Source: Chrysomallon squamiferum
Taxonomy: Eukaryota; Animalia; Mollusca
Length of the DNA stretch: 64,000 bases
Reading direction: 5' to 3'
Assembly: GCA_012295275.1 (NCBI GenBank)
Contig: CM022673.1
Location: 9,672,001-9,736,000 of the forward strand
The notes beneath the pieces are model-generated. The model saw nothing but the letters and a program-made list of their open reading frames with translations. It was not told where the DNA came from and made no database searches. Below, in pieces: positions 26,818 to 39,007 of this stretch (position 1 is the stretch's first letter; each line of letters begins with the position of its first letter). The translations under genes were made by a program, and so were the position numbers.

Positions 26818-29129
26818 ACTACAGCTAAAAGGAAAATTTGTTTCATTTATGCCGTGAAAAATAATAATTAAAAGGCAAGAATAAACAAAATAATAATTAA
26901 GAATAGAGGGTAAATCACACACAAAAGTACACAGGTGTAGATCACTAGATTGAGTAGGTGACACGCCAAAGTAGCGCCAAAATATCTTATGACGCCGTTG
27001 AAGTTCATAATTTTATAATATATTCAGAAATAAACGTCATAAATCATTTAAATGTTACTAATAGATGTCACTCGCATTCAAGGTGCAAGTATCAAAATTC
27101 ATTTATCTGCAGCTCCGTCAAAGCGAGAACATTCATTTCATAACTTAATGATAAAATAGGGCACACGAGCAGAAATTAAGTCTCGAACATTTACACAGAT
27201 ATTCTTAACACAACTAAATAAACTCTGGTATGGTGTTATATTTTTTTTATTTTTTTCTTGAAGTGAAAAATGTCAACGAAATCTGGTAAATATTAAATAT
27301 ATAACTTTTTCTAAATACAATACGTGATAATTCCTAGGATCAGTTCTGCTCAGAAAACTCACCGTACTATTCTTCGCTTCTGTCCATTTCCAACGACTCG
27401 TTTATCAGAGACATAGGCAAGGTGTTCTGCTAACTTTGGATAGAAACACATAAAACAGTTTTTAATTGATAGTGGAAGGAAAACAGAGCAACTTTGTTAT
27501 GAAGTCTAATTGTAGGAAAAAGAATGAGATTCATATAAAAATACATAATGTTAACCAATCCAGAGTCGTGGTGTTGTTAAACAAATTAAATTTGTTACTG
27601 TGAATCAAACTCACTTACTCAAACGCCACCTTGCTTTTGATTTTAATTACATATGTATTCTGAAAGATGAAGAAAATGACACATATCTGCTTAAACAAAC
27701 ATCTAAATACTGTGTTTGAATTTCATTAAAAACACTGTGCACTTTTTTCGAATCAAATACATTTCTGCTCATATGACGAATTAGTCGCAGACGAAGAAAT
27801 ATCTATGGAAAATGGCTCCTACAGCAAGCACTGAAATTGAGCTCCTGTCCAAACATTTGACACCCATTAGCAGATAATTATATGATAAAGTCAGCTCAGA
27901 AATATCAGTGAAGATTAATATACAGCAACCTAAGATAATATTCCTTCTAGAATTTATCATCATCAAAGATATATACTTGTATCCAATTAACAGAGTTATT
28001 ATTCTCTTGGATGCTGACTTTAAAAATCATATTTTACTGACACTGTATGATTTTGCTCAGTCTTTGAAGAAACTAATGGCTTATTGTTTGTTCAACCAAA
28101 CTTTAGAATTTCACATTTTCGTGACTACGAGTATGTGTTGGAAAAGATTAATTTGCTTTGGCTCCAAACATTGGGACTAAATGCACCACCCGTTGTAGTT
28201 CCTGCGTTTGCAGATCAAATTAATAGAATGTAATATAAACACATATACAGAGCTTTGTGTTTAAACTGTCAATGTACTGAAGGCTTTCAAACAGAAAATT
28301 TTGAAGTATACAGAATATATTAATTCTGTTTGTTCATCTAACGAAAATAGAAAAAATACTATGTTTTTAGTGTGTGTTGTTATCTTTTAGTTTATCTGTT
28401 ATTTCTGAAATTAATAATAACAATATTATTAGTATTTCATTAGCAAGCTTAAACACCGCATGAGAAAAGAGAATTTTATCATACACAGACTAGGAAACAA
28501 AACAATAATCTAATCCTAAGATCTGAAACATAAATTATTCCGAACATAAATTATCTGACCAGTGTAAATTTAATGTAAAATTCCTCATTGGATATTCCAT
28601 TTGGACTGATTACAAAGAAGCAGATGTCAGCTAATTAGCATGTTACTGATTATAAAAGGACCAATTCAACGACATCAACTTCATCCTGTCTGCAGCCAGC
28701 AAGTGTACCACATCTACGTGAACGAACAAGGTAATTTACTATTTTATAATAATTAAATAACTTGATAATGATTGGAAACAAATCAATATTTTAAATTCAG
28801 ATATTTAAAGGACATTTCGACATTGTTGAAGCCAGTAATAAATATAGTGAGTAGAGACGAATTAATAGAATGTAATATACAAATTTACTCAGAGTTTCGT
28901 GTATAAACCATCAATGAACTGCTGCTGTGGAACTTTTAAAAATGAAATTGTGGAATTGTACAGAATCTACTTAGCCTATTTATTCTTCAAACAAGAACAG
29001 CAAGGAAATTGTGAATTCAAATGTGGTATACAATAAATCTATATTCCATGAGAAAAAAATAATGTAATATTTAAAGTTAAATTATCGAAGAACAAAGAAA
29101 CAAACACATATTTATATTTATATTTACAG

Positions 29130-30940
29130 ATGAGATTTTGTATTTTCCTTCTGTGTCTTTTGGCAACCACAACTTTCGCCTACAGAATAACAGTGGAAGA
29201 TGGGGGTAGGTCCAGAAATTCTCTTTATTTCATAAATTATACTAAAATTAATTGAGCTAAGTTTTAGATTCTTGCCTATTTCAAATACGTTTTTCCTAAA
29301 ATATTTACGATATTTATCACGAATGGTTTAAACTTAATGTAACATAAGTTGTAAAGAAATAATTAATGTTAGCCTAATGATAAGAAGTAACTATTTCAAA
29401 TACAGTTTTCTGGTGGGTGTACTGCTGAGGATTTTTGCATTTATATCTTATTTTGTAGTAATAAGAAATATTATATACGTATATATTTGAAAATGTCTTT
29501 AGAAGCCGTCCTGTGTTAGATTATGATAAATTGCATGTGAGTGTTGTTTTTCTTCCACTACACTTTAATTGATTCGTCCCTATACTATTGTTACAACTGA
29601 AATGATGTGTATTTTTAGAAGACGTTTCCGGTGATGGTGAAGTAGAGGAATTACTGGAAACACTTTTAGAAGATATGGATGATTCTGACGACGGTGACGA
29701 CGACGGTGACGACGACGAAGAATTAATTGAAGACCTTCTTGAGGCTGCTCTGATTTTGGAAGAAGACGACGATGATGATGAAGATGATGATGATATGGAT
29801 GATGATATGGATGATGGTTCCATGGATGAGGACACTTTACTAGGTGTTTTGGAAAATATCCTGGGTGATGATGATGATGATGATGATGATATAGATGATG
29901 GTTCTTTGGATGAGGATTCTTTGCTAGGTTCTTTGGAAGAGCTCTTGGGCGATGATGACAATGACAACGATGATGATGATGGTGATGATGATTTGAGTGG
30001 GTTGTTGGGTGATGGAGATGATGATGACGACGATGACGATGAATCTCCTGAAGGCTTGCTCGACCTGTCAGACAACTTGCGACTGTTAGGTAACGTTCTG
30101 GCTCAGAGGAAAGAAACGGAGGCTGCGGAGACTCTGATAAAAGCAGCAGACACCATTGACAAAATAATTAGCGATGCTGTGCAAGAAATGACCGGGGGCA
30201 TGGAAGAGGAAATAAACGAAGCCGATGCAGAAAATAAACAGGATATAGAAGAACAAGCCAAAGAGGCAGTGGAAGAAATTGCTGAAGAAGAAAGTGAAGA
30301 ATCACAAATTGAAGAGGAATTGAAGAAAGAAGAAGAGTCGAACCCGGAAGAAGCTAAAAGAGGTATGAATAAATAGCTGTTTAAATAAAGTAATATGGGT
30401 TAAGCTAAAACCATTTAATGTAAGTAACAACATTTCGTAATCAATTAATTAAATAATAAATACAGTGAAATACAGTACACCAACAACATACACCATTCGT
30501 AAAGCGAAAAAATATAAATAAAATAATATGATAAAATTAACTAAGTAACTAAGTAAATAAATGAATAAAAGAAATCAGCGAAAAAGAGAAAGCGAAAGAA
30601 ATGAAAGAAAAATAAAATAAAAACAAATGTTATAAAAGTAACCAATATCACTTGTACTACTGCAACATCAGTTACATCATTCAGCACAAGGAAAAAAAAA
30701 ACAAGAACAAAAATACAAAAAAAACAAAAACAAAAAAAACCTATATTGTAAATGTAACCAATATCTTTTGTACCACCACTAACCCATTAACTATCCATAC
30801 TGCTACTTCTGTAATTATTTCCATCAATAATAACTAGTAGTACTAGAGCAGTGCATCATTTCTGGAACAATTTTTCTTTTTTTTAAACAACAAGAAATTA
30901 AATAAAGAATATTATATCTGTAGTAGTAATAATAATAATA

Positions 30941-30991
<51 letters not shown>

Positions 30992-31185
30992 GCAAGACGA
31001 AGAAGAACGAAACATTCATGATTTTGTTATGCTTTTTCTTGTTTCTGTTGTTGCTATTGCTATGCTTGCTAATACTGTTAGTGCTGTTGTTGTAGTTGTT
31101 ATTATTATTGTATTATGTTTCAGATGCAGATCAGGGAACAACATGTCGTCCTCGACGACGTCGCAGTACCACACAAAGCCCATAG
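29130..31185 (+). CDS. Secreted Asp/Glu-rich protein, copy 5 (293 aa)
   Basis: Exons 29130-29205, 29619-30362 and 31124-31185 (DADQGTTCRPRRRRSTTQSP*). TATA 28651-28657, UTR donor GT at 28731, AATAAA 31252-31257. Confidence 0.88.
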
Positions 31186-34090
31186 ATCACTTGAACACAC
31201 TCATCTTGACGACTGTACTTTTTAGTGAGCATTGAAATGTAATCTTATCTGAATAAAAAGTATATTTAAAACAAACATCACAATTGTTTGTTTTTAATAT
31301 TTCACTGTCGTGTCTGCTTCAGAAACATTATTTTAATATATATAGTGCAACAGTGAATAAATATATAGAAATAATTACATTGTATAAATAACTCGATTAA
31401 TCGTAGAAGAAACTCGATTTCACAAATAGTACCACCACCACTATTGCCACTACAGCCTGTAGCAAAACATAGCATAGGCTACTACTGGCTAGTTACAAAA
31501 GTAAACACCGCCCTCAACCCATGCCCCCCGTCAACCCACGCCCACTATTAACATAACTGTACATAGAACATAAACACACCTTAATGTTCGAAGAATAAAT
31601 CAGATGTATTGTCGAAACAAAAGGAATCGTGCGAACAGTATTAAAAACCAGCACAAATGCCATTAAACTATAATGTAACTGCATGTATGCCCCGAAAACG
31701 TGGGTCAAAGTTTAGGCCAGTAGACAAGTGAGATTCAGGCCACGGATAACTTTTTATATGAGCAAAGTCTTTTATAATGGAAGTAGTGTCAACCGTTCTC
31801 AGCGTATTTAAACGTTTTTCTCCCATCGTCGTTCTTTGTGCATTGGTTATGCTCAACAACAACATTGTTCTACACAAAACAAATACCAAAGGCTACAGTC
31901 AAAATTGCGAAGCCCCGCATTTTGATGAAAAAAAAAAAAAAAAAAAAAAAAAGTCACCCTCGGGGTTTCTGAAAGCGCGGGGCCTGTAAGAATTTACAAC
32001 ATCTGCTGCGTCGTTAATCCTTCGCTGCTGCTACTTCTGCATTACAGTTTGCACTGACATATCTGTTTGTCTCGCAATTCATTAAAAAAAATTAAATCTG
32101 ACGTAAACAATTTTGAGGCAGATTCGTCCTTCCACTTCTGCCAAGTCTTGCAATCTTGAGCCACCCAGTTATTCTAATGAGATAATTTCTACTGCATTAA
32201 CTTGTAATTATTTGAGGACTCAATTTATGTTCCCGGTTTAGGCAAGCCAGTAACTTGCAAGTCTTGTTTATAATATTAACTTTGACATTATCTTTACTGT
32301 TAACTCTTCTTTCCTGATGAAATATCAGTGAATGATAAAGGTGATTTATTGGCAAAGTGTTTGGAACGTTCATATTTTATTACCAGCCAGTGCACGGCAA
32401 AGATTTTTTAATTTTAATTTTAATTTTTTTTTCCTCCTAGTGCTGTTGCGTTAATATGAATGTTATTTTAGTTCTTTCTTATGATATATTAAGAACATAT
32501 TTATCAGGCAGCGAAGTTAATTCTTTGTTTCGTTATTTTGTCAAAATGATGAAGTCCCTTCCTGTATCTCTCTATTTCTCTCTTTCTTAAGGTTTTTAAC
32601 ATTTGTGGACATTTTAAGTCTTTTGTTTTATTAAGCTTTTTTTGTCTTATCTTTCTTTTTGTTTGTCTGTCCTTGAGTCTCGAAAAAACGAAAAGGAAGA
32701 AAAAAAAGAAAAAAAAAAAGAAAGACGAAAACTAATATTCCAAATATCTGGAATTTAATTTTTTTTTTTCCTTTTGTTTTTGTGCCCTGACATTAACTGT
32801 ATCCAGTAAATGTGTTAAAGTACCAGTTAAATGTTTCCATATTGAATAACTAGAGCACTTTTTCCCCCCTCTTCTTATCGTCTGCTTCGGTTCTTTCTGA
32901 TTCATCATTCATGCTCGTGTGAAGTCCCGCCAGATTGTTTCCCGCGCATGCCAACATTAATCACGGGTTTTTAAGATTGTTTTTTTCTCATACGCAGAAA
33001 CATCTCACCTAAATAGAAATGTAATGAAGAAATGTTTCGTTTTTATAATAATAATAATAATAATAGTAATAATAATAATTATAATTATAATACAGATGGA
33101 TTTATGACTGAATTGAGGTTGACAGGCAGACAACAAACAGATATACAGACAGACCTAACAGAGAGAAAGAGAGATAAAAATGAAAATAACATATAAATGT
33201 AATAAATCTACTACAAATTTGTCTATTCATAATAAACAACTGTCCGTCATTTCATCACACTTTTGTTGTTATTATGGGTCCTACTACCACCATCACCATT
33301 ACAACAACCACTACTGCAACATTACTTACCTCATCTTCTACATTGCTATTACTGAGCTACAACTCGTTTTAAAGGGAATATTTTTCTTCTTTGTTTTTAT
33401 TTTATTTTATTTTATTTATTTATTAATTTTTTTTTAATTTTTTATTTCTTTTTATATTTTATTATTATTTTTTTTGTGATACATTATCTAAATTTGATAG
33501 ATCTATTGAAATCAAACATTTTGTTCGTGTGATTCTTACAGTCGAATAATCACAGAATATAAATAAATAAATAAATAAATATATGTATATAATAATAAAT
33601 TTAAAAAAATAAATCAAACTCATATGTCTTATCCTAGAGAAACGATGCGGAACAAGCGAAACAAAAACGTAATTTATTTATTTACTTCGGTGGTCTCTGA
33701 TACAACCACATACCACAAACATCAAGTTCTCGGCAGTTCCAGTTTAAGTAAGTCTCATTCACAGAAATCGTCCTCTGTTTAGCGTGCGGACGAATATGTG
33801 CCGGCTTCCTGCCTGCCTTATCTTTGGACGACGTCTGCTGTCTAAACATTTTCATCTTTGTCCGAAACTCCTAATGAGGTGGAACTTCGGAAATGTCCGT
33901 ATCTCTTGTGCACATGTTTGTAAATATATTGCAGTGACCTAACTTGGACCGCACCCTGGAAACACGCGGTGCATCCCTTTTGGCGCGCGCGCGTTCTCTC
34001 CGTCTCGCTTAGCGTTTGCAGCGGTATTAAAGCTGTCGTCTGCAGACTGGATTTTACTTACTGAAACTAATTTCAAAATAAATACTAAAT

Positions 34091-34966
34091 ATGACGGCGT
34101 TTGGATACGTAACACTGCTGATTATTAGCTGTATTTTATGCGTTACAGGTAAGTTATGTTAAAGCATTTAAACTGTGAAATTAAAGAAAGAAATAAAATC
34201 ATGATTAAATAAGTATGTTAGTAGCTAGACGTCGCATTTTTAGTCAGTGAATACGTTTGTTTGTTTAAGATGGCAGCAAAATTAATAACTGCATAATAAA
34301 GCATGCAAAACATTTTTAACCATTTCTTTACAAACAACATTAAACCGTGGATAATGGTGTAGTTATAATGTTATCTGTTTCAAGTTTAAATATACGGTCA
34401 TGAATTTACACTTGAGGGATTACACTTTTACACTCGCTTATTCTTCTTGTTATTATTTTTATTAAACGACTGACCGAAAGACCGACCGACCTCACTCACT
34501 AAACAAACAAAACCCTAAATAAAATAAATAAATAAATAAATAAATAAATAAAATTTCAGGACTTCCGACAAACCAATTACCTATCACGTCAAAAGGAAGA
34601 TCTGTTGTTAAAGTGCTAGAAAAAACGAATGACCTGTCTTCGTCTGCGTCGTCAAAAGAAAAACTGAATATCACAGAGGATGTAATTGAGAGGATGTTAC
34701 CGTACGAAGCAGAGGAGGCCATTGTTACTAAAGAACGGATGGACGTGTCGAAATGGGGCAGACATTTGCCGAAGATTAAAGCACATGTGGAAACTGCCAG
34801 ACACAGAAAGGACTCGAAGCACACCAAGAAGAACAAACGAAAAGGGAAAGGAAGAAGAACGAGTAGCTCTTCGACGAAGGGTAAAAACAGGAACGGCAGA
34901 CGCAGTCACAGAAACGCTGATCTGAGAAAGAAGAAGAAAAGATTCCACAAGAATAACCGGAATTAA
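34091..34966 (+). CDS. Small secreted protein with a Lys/Arg-rich C-terminus (154 aa), unrecognised
   Basis: Exon 1, 34091-34148, encodes the signal peptide MTAFGYVTLLIISCILCVTG with donor CAG|GTAAGT. Exon 2, 34560-34966 (acceptor TTTCAG), joins in phase 1 and in frame with ORF 34613..34966. TATA-like TATTAAA at 34025-34031 in a CpG-rich upstream region. Confidence 0.78.
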
Positions 34967-35090
34967 ACTGATATCACACTGGTGTTTAATGAGCTGTGCT
35001 GTTATCAGACAGGCAGAGAAGGAAAGCGGAAAATTCGCCTCCATTACTTCCACTTGATGTTTTTCCAAAGTTAGTGGATTACTGGATTAA

Positions 35091-35129
<39 letters not shown>

Positions 35130-36318
35130 AAGTAAAGAAAAGAAAGAATTTCTACTTGGCTAAAGTCTGTGATAAACTGATAAATTTAGGATGTGATTTT
35201 TGCATCTATGAAGTATTAACAACCGATCAGGTGTCGTTCTTCATGCTTGTAGTTTTCTCTGTGTCCGTATGTCTGTGCTGAAAGATGTATGCTTTAGTCT
35301 AACATTTGAGAAGAAACTAGTCATAGATTGACAAATTATTAATGTTTTCAGAGGAGACATTTATATTATGGAGTCCGTTATAACGAATCTGTGAACATCG
35401 TGCTTATCATAGAGAAAGGATTAATCGTTCAGGACATCTAGTGTGTTATAAGTTAAATACTTTTTCAAAATATCAATATAAATATGGTCTCACTATCAGA
35501 TATGTTATTTCGCTCATGCTGATTGTTTTACAATAATAATAATAAAACGGATTTTTTCTTCTCGTTTTCTTTTTAACACTAAATAAATACAATATACACA
35601 ACTGAACGAATGAACAGCATGTAATGATGAAAACATAAATGATTTTTTGGTTTCATTATTTACTGTATCACTCAACCCTACGAGTATAGTCTGTTTCCTG
35701 TTCAGCTGTTCTTCAAAAGACTAGGTTATCAAATATCGTGATATGTGTGTATTTGTTTTTCTTCTAATCGAATATCAGAGAGCATGTTGATCTGTAATGC
35801 GCATCTCGAAAGTTATGAACAACACATAGTAATACAGCCAGTCCTTTTGTGCAAACCGCTGCATAGGCTATTTCTACGGAACAGAAAGAAAAGAAAATGT
35901 TGTAAGCATTTCCCCGCAATCAATATTCGTGAGACCCTGGCTGGAATGGGAAAACTGATTGGAGTAGAATAGATTACGCAATTAATAACGTTTCTGGCTA
36001 GAAGCGCACTACCACTGAGAAAGAAAAGGAAAAAAAAGAGACAAAAACGTCTAAAACAATATCAGTAAATTCGAAAAACAACGAAAAAGAAAGAAAGAAA
36101 GAAAAGAAAGAAAGAGAAAGGAATAAAATGAAATGAAATAAATTAAAATTAAAAATATAAATAAATAAATAAAATTATAACAAAACGTTAAAAAAATCAA
36201 ACAAAATATATTTAACGAAACCATTTCGTTAAAGAATAAATTACAGAAGCAAAGCATAAGAATTTTTTTTTTTTTTTTATCATGTTTAAAGCAGTTATTT
36301 AAAGATAACTGTAGGAAG

Positions 36319-36350
<32 letters not shown>

Positions 36351-37665
36351 GCGAAGATTAAGAAAAAAAAAAATAATGTGTAATATATAAAGAAAGTGGC
36401 ATAAATGCAGTTTTGCGATAAGGACTTTTGAAAAAAACTGTAAACATGCCAAGTATAAAACAAGACTAGTTTAAGGATAAATATATCACACACTCAGACC
36501 TCGTATTCCTTCAGTCACCCAGTTTCGTGGTTATTTTGCTCTACCGTCAACAGACACAACCAAAATAAACTTGGCAAAATCTTCTATTAAAAGATACTTC
36601 GTTAAAAAAAAAAAAAAAAAAAAAAAAAACTAACAGATGCATTTTCTTCTGTTTCTTTCCTTTTAATCTTGATGTGTATTTATTTAAGTTTTTCCTCTTT
36701 TTTTTTTTTTTTTTTTTTTTAAAATCACATGTAAAATACAGTTATTACGGCCACCTTTGACCTACTATCAAAATAATTAAATAAATAAATAATAATAATA
36801 ATAAGTAAATAATAATATTAAATTAAAAATTCATTTATAAAAATATATATATATATTTTTTTTTAAATCATAAAACGATTTATAATAGTAATAATAACAA
36901 ACAAATGAATAAATAAACAAAATAAATAAATAAATAAATAAATAAATACAATCACGTCTGCTTGCCTTTCATTAATTAATTCACAAGTTATTTCAAACAA
37001 AACCGTTATTGCATTCGTTTGTCATTTCTTACAATATGGCAACCAACAACCGTTGCATTTCCCGCATACTTTCGCCGAGCTGTGTGAATTCGACACAACA
37101 TTAAGTGAGCGTGCATTCCATGCATGCTTACAACGGAGAACCCAGACATATTCTTTTGGGTCTTTAAATCAGTTCTGCATCCTAGGGGAGAAGGAATAGG
37201 TTTTTTTTTTTTTTCGGTGTTCATTCTAATCCACTAGTTAAAAATATATAGTTAAGCAACACGATACTAATGTCACAACAATCTCGCACAACAGTTTGAT
37301 TTATTCAACAAAACCAGCCCACTGAGACCCAATCCATCACAAATATGCGCAGATCCGCCCCTGCATGCCTTCGCATAATATCCTCCGTCTTGCAACATAA
37401 CATTTTCTAACTCATCTGACGGCGGTAAAATATTCCCTTCTGATGATACCGATGCAACATTTTTATTATTCTTAAATACCACATGATTCACCGTGAAGAG
37501 AATAAACAACGACATAACGCGTCCGATAAACAATGGCAGACGAGTAGTTCGCGCCAAATTAAACAACTTTCTGGTTTTTTTCTTTTCTTTTTAAATACGT
37601 CTTCTGCGAATGAGATATGCACAGGAAATGAGGGTTTTATATAAATTGGGATAAAGTATGTTTGC

Positions 37666-37669
<4 letters not shown>

Positions 37670-37710
<41 letters not shown>
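37670..37710. repeat. (TG)n microsatellite
   Basis: Directly visible. Confidence 0.95.
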
Positions 37711-37713
<3 letters not shown>

Positions 37714-38456
37714 CAAGCATTTTATTTGATGTATGTTTTAGATTGTTTATTGTTTTTAGTGTATGATCTAAATGGAATTAATACGCAAACACAGAAGATA
37801 AATTTAAAGTTTGAGTTAACGAGAGATAACGAGTAGTATGACTGCAATAGACATGCATGTGTGTATGTGTGTGCGTGAGCACTGAGAAACAAACTGTTTA
37901 TATATTCCTTCCATCAGCATGGCATCTTCTTTATGCTTAACTTCGTAACTTTTTTCTTCTTTTTTTATCTGTCTATCAATGTATCACTTATCTTCTGATT
38001 GTTAATCTCATCTTATTTATAGCCTGTATGTACAAATAATTTTATTTATGTTTTATGTCGTTTATTGTTAAATTTGAATAACTTGTTGAAGTTAGAAGCA
38101 TCGGCCAAAGTAATAAAATAAAATAAAAAGATGGAAAGATAATTTTTTTCGTTTTTTGGTTAATGTTTTCAAACTATTTTGTTTTTTTGTTTTTTGTTTT
38201 CGTGATAGAAAACATAAACGACGTGGAGAAGACTCAGTCTTTATGGAGTTTTGTACTTTGTTTACTCGTTCTACGAACAGTGTAAACATGACGTGTGTGT
38301 GTGTGATAGACAGTGAAAAATAAAGAGACAATAAACGTATAACTTAAACATTATAGGAAAGAAAACAAAAAATAAATTTCGTTTCTGATGTTTTTTTTTT
38401 TTTTTTTTTTTTGTAAATCGGTTCTTACAGTACAGTTTTCCACTGTTTAAAACGAA

Positions 38457-38510
<54 letters not shown>

Positions 38511-38816
38511 TATATAGCAACAATAGAAAAAAGAGCCACAATACAATAAAATAACAAAACAAAACAAAAAAAAAATTAAAAAATACTAATAAAAACAATA
38601 ACCAAGAAAAGAAAAAGATAGGCTACCCATAATTTTGATTTATGTTTTATTTGGCTCATAACACTATACATTTTATTTTTTTATTTTATTTCTTATTATA
38701 TATTTTTAAACTGATTATTATTATTATTATTATTATTATTCATTAATTTTACACGCAATAAATATACATTTATTTTCTTTACTGGGGCAAAGTGCCCTTT
38801 TTATAAAGTGTTTCCA

Positions 38817-38977
38817 GATGGCGCCACGAACTTTGACAAGGATAATCATTCAGGATAAAGGGTAGACAATTCAAAAAGCTCTTTTACACTGGTCCAATCA
38901 CAACTTAACGTTTGTAAAATATTAACCAATAGAAATCATCAACACGAAAATAGATTGCGGAAGGCAGGAAATTCGAA
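38817..38977 (+). promoter_or_regulatory. G2/M-type promoter of the kinesin-14 gene: tandem CCAAT boxes plus CHR-like elements
   Basis: CCAAT at 38894-38898 and 38926-38930 (32-bp spacing). TTCGAA at 38972-38977, TTCAAA (reverse TTTGAA) at 38870-38875, AGATGGCGCC at about 38817. All lie within about 190 bp of the ATG. Confidence 0.55.
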
Positions 38978-39007
38978 AAAGGATCGTACAATATTATCGA
39001 AATTACA

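Noticed and set aside
4066-31185. Assignment of the acidic genes to Aspein, Asprich, calsequestrin or a granin
   Set aside because: Similarity is compositional only; I recognise no diagnostic motifs, so no gene symbol is given.
34686-35068. Overlapping ORFs 34686..34925 (+), 34697..35068 (-) and 34492..34836 (-)
   Set aside because: Alternative frames of the basic-protein exon. Only the 34613 frame joins the signal-peptide exon in phase.
37273-37566. 97-aa minus-strand ORF
   Set aside because: Non-ATG start, no recognisable homology and no convincing splice sites; kept only as part of a low-interest finding.
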